Assembly (NCBI GenBank): GCA_030704615.1 | Contig: CM060731.1 | Coordinates: forward strand, 434,001-498,000 | Direction of reading: 5' to 3' | Source: Takakia lepidozioides | Lineage: Eukaryota; Plantae; Bryophyta | DNA: 64,000 bases | Shown here: piece by piece, positions 62,801 to 64,000 of the stretch | Position numbering within the stretch: the stretch's first letter is position 1 | Layout: each line of letters begins with the position of its first letter | The notes under the pieces: model-generated | The model's input: only the letters and a program-made list of their open reading frames with translations | Database searches by the model: none | Told to the model about the DNA's origin: nothing | Translations under genes and position numbers: made by a program

Positions 62801-64000
62801 CCAAAGTAACCTCCCCCTCACGGAATCTGCTTTCCACGATTCTAGCAGCTCCCGGCTCCTCTGCCTTCCGCCTCCCCACTGTTTCCAACCTTTCTGCTTC
62901 ATCCAAACTGTACGCGGGGTTCTGTGGCCACAAGGCTACAGCAAGCAACAAATAATGACCACCTCATGCTCTCCAGCGTTTGTCACAGAGTGTACCGTTC
63001 ACAGGCACCTAAGAGAGATCATGATTGAGACCCACGGACACGCTGTGACATTGCTTCTTGTTACATGTAAGAGCCTCTGTCGCAGTTTTAGGGGTGAATT
63101 CTGCGTACAATTTATCAATGTCGCCAGGTAGCTATGAAGGCACCACGCCGGGCTGCAGGGTGTCTGCTGAGGTCTGGGGTCCAGGACTTTACCTCTTACT
63201 TGGAGAAGACTGGCTCATATTCACTGTCGGAGTACCATTCCCCCTATACATCTGGGTCCAGTGGGAGGCACATTAGTGACCCACTACCTATGAGTCCAAA
63301 AGTGTCAGCTCATCCATCATTACAGCATCATGAATACAATCCTCCAACATGCCAAAATTGTCTCCTTGTCCATTCTCTGCGTGCTTTCACCTTGAAGCTT
63401 TCACCTCTTGAAGCATGACACCTTAGTACAAGGCCCTCATAAGGTCTCCATGAAATTGATGGTTACATACACATTGTCAGTTAGTGGTACCCCTACTGGT
63501 ATATCAAACCTGACAGCAGGCCTGCAAGTAGGGTCATGAATCCAATGATCAAGTAATTGAGGCCCTCCCTCATATCAATTTTGTCAGGGTCATAGAGTAT
63601 TTGGGGTCTTTGGCTTTGGTGACCAGCTTGGTCTTGATCTGAGTGCTTTGTCTCTCCACTTCAAAGTGTGTAGCTTTATGGTTTTATTTTCATATGTTTA
63701 TAATTGACTGATGTTTTATGCGTCCCTGTCCCCCTTCTGGATTGCAGGGTGTGCTGCCTTTCCAAACCATAAGCCAAATACAAGCAGAAGGCACAGAATG
63801 ACTTGATAACTCAAGTTGTGTTCACATGGTATGTGTCAGAAATGTGTAGACACAATGTGAAGGCGTTTTGATGTGGGATCTACAAACATGCTCAAGTCCT
63901 GTCCCCTTCCCAGCCATATACCAGAAGAATTACACTTCTGCACTCTCCTCATATTTGGCTCTTCTTAGGCGAAGGTGTATCCCTTCTAGAGTCAAGGTTA

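Noticed and set aside
63058-63418. Short ORFs near the right edge
   Set aside because: No recognisable domain or convincing splice structure.

Overview
Eukaryotic nuclear DNA from a non-flowering land plant, most likely a moss or other bryophyte (intron-rich genes, PLS-type PPR fragments, a bryophyte-like 5S rRNA relic). Bases 1-25500 are rich in transposons. They hold a decayed minus-strand LTR retrotransposon whose single gag-pol reading frame carries a complete DNMT3-like C5 cytosine methyltransferase domain directly after the aspartic protease (the main finding). They also hold scrambled PPR fragments beside CACTA ends, a second LTR element remnant, a TA-flanked MITE, three recent intronless copies of a heavy-metal-associated (HMA) gene, and a MULE transposase fragment lying between two inverted copies. 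Bases 25800-61100 hold ordinary host genes: RPC4, VPS53, SYF2, CRR42 and an ACOT9-like acyl-CoA thioesterase. Their introns contain an APE-RT LINE family that inserts next to (GA)n tracts and a T-tailed tRNA-derived SINE; a 5S rRNA pseudogene lies downstream of VPS53. All calls come from motif recognition by eye; no database searches were run.
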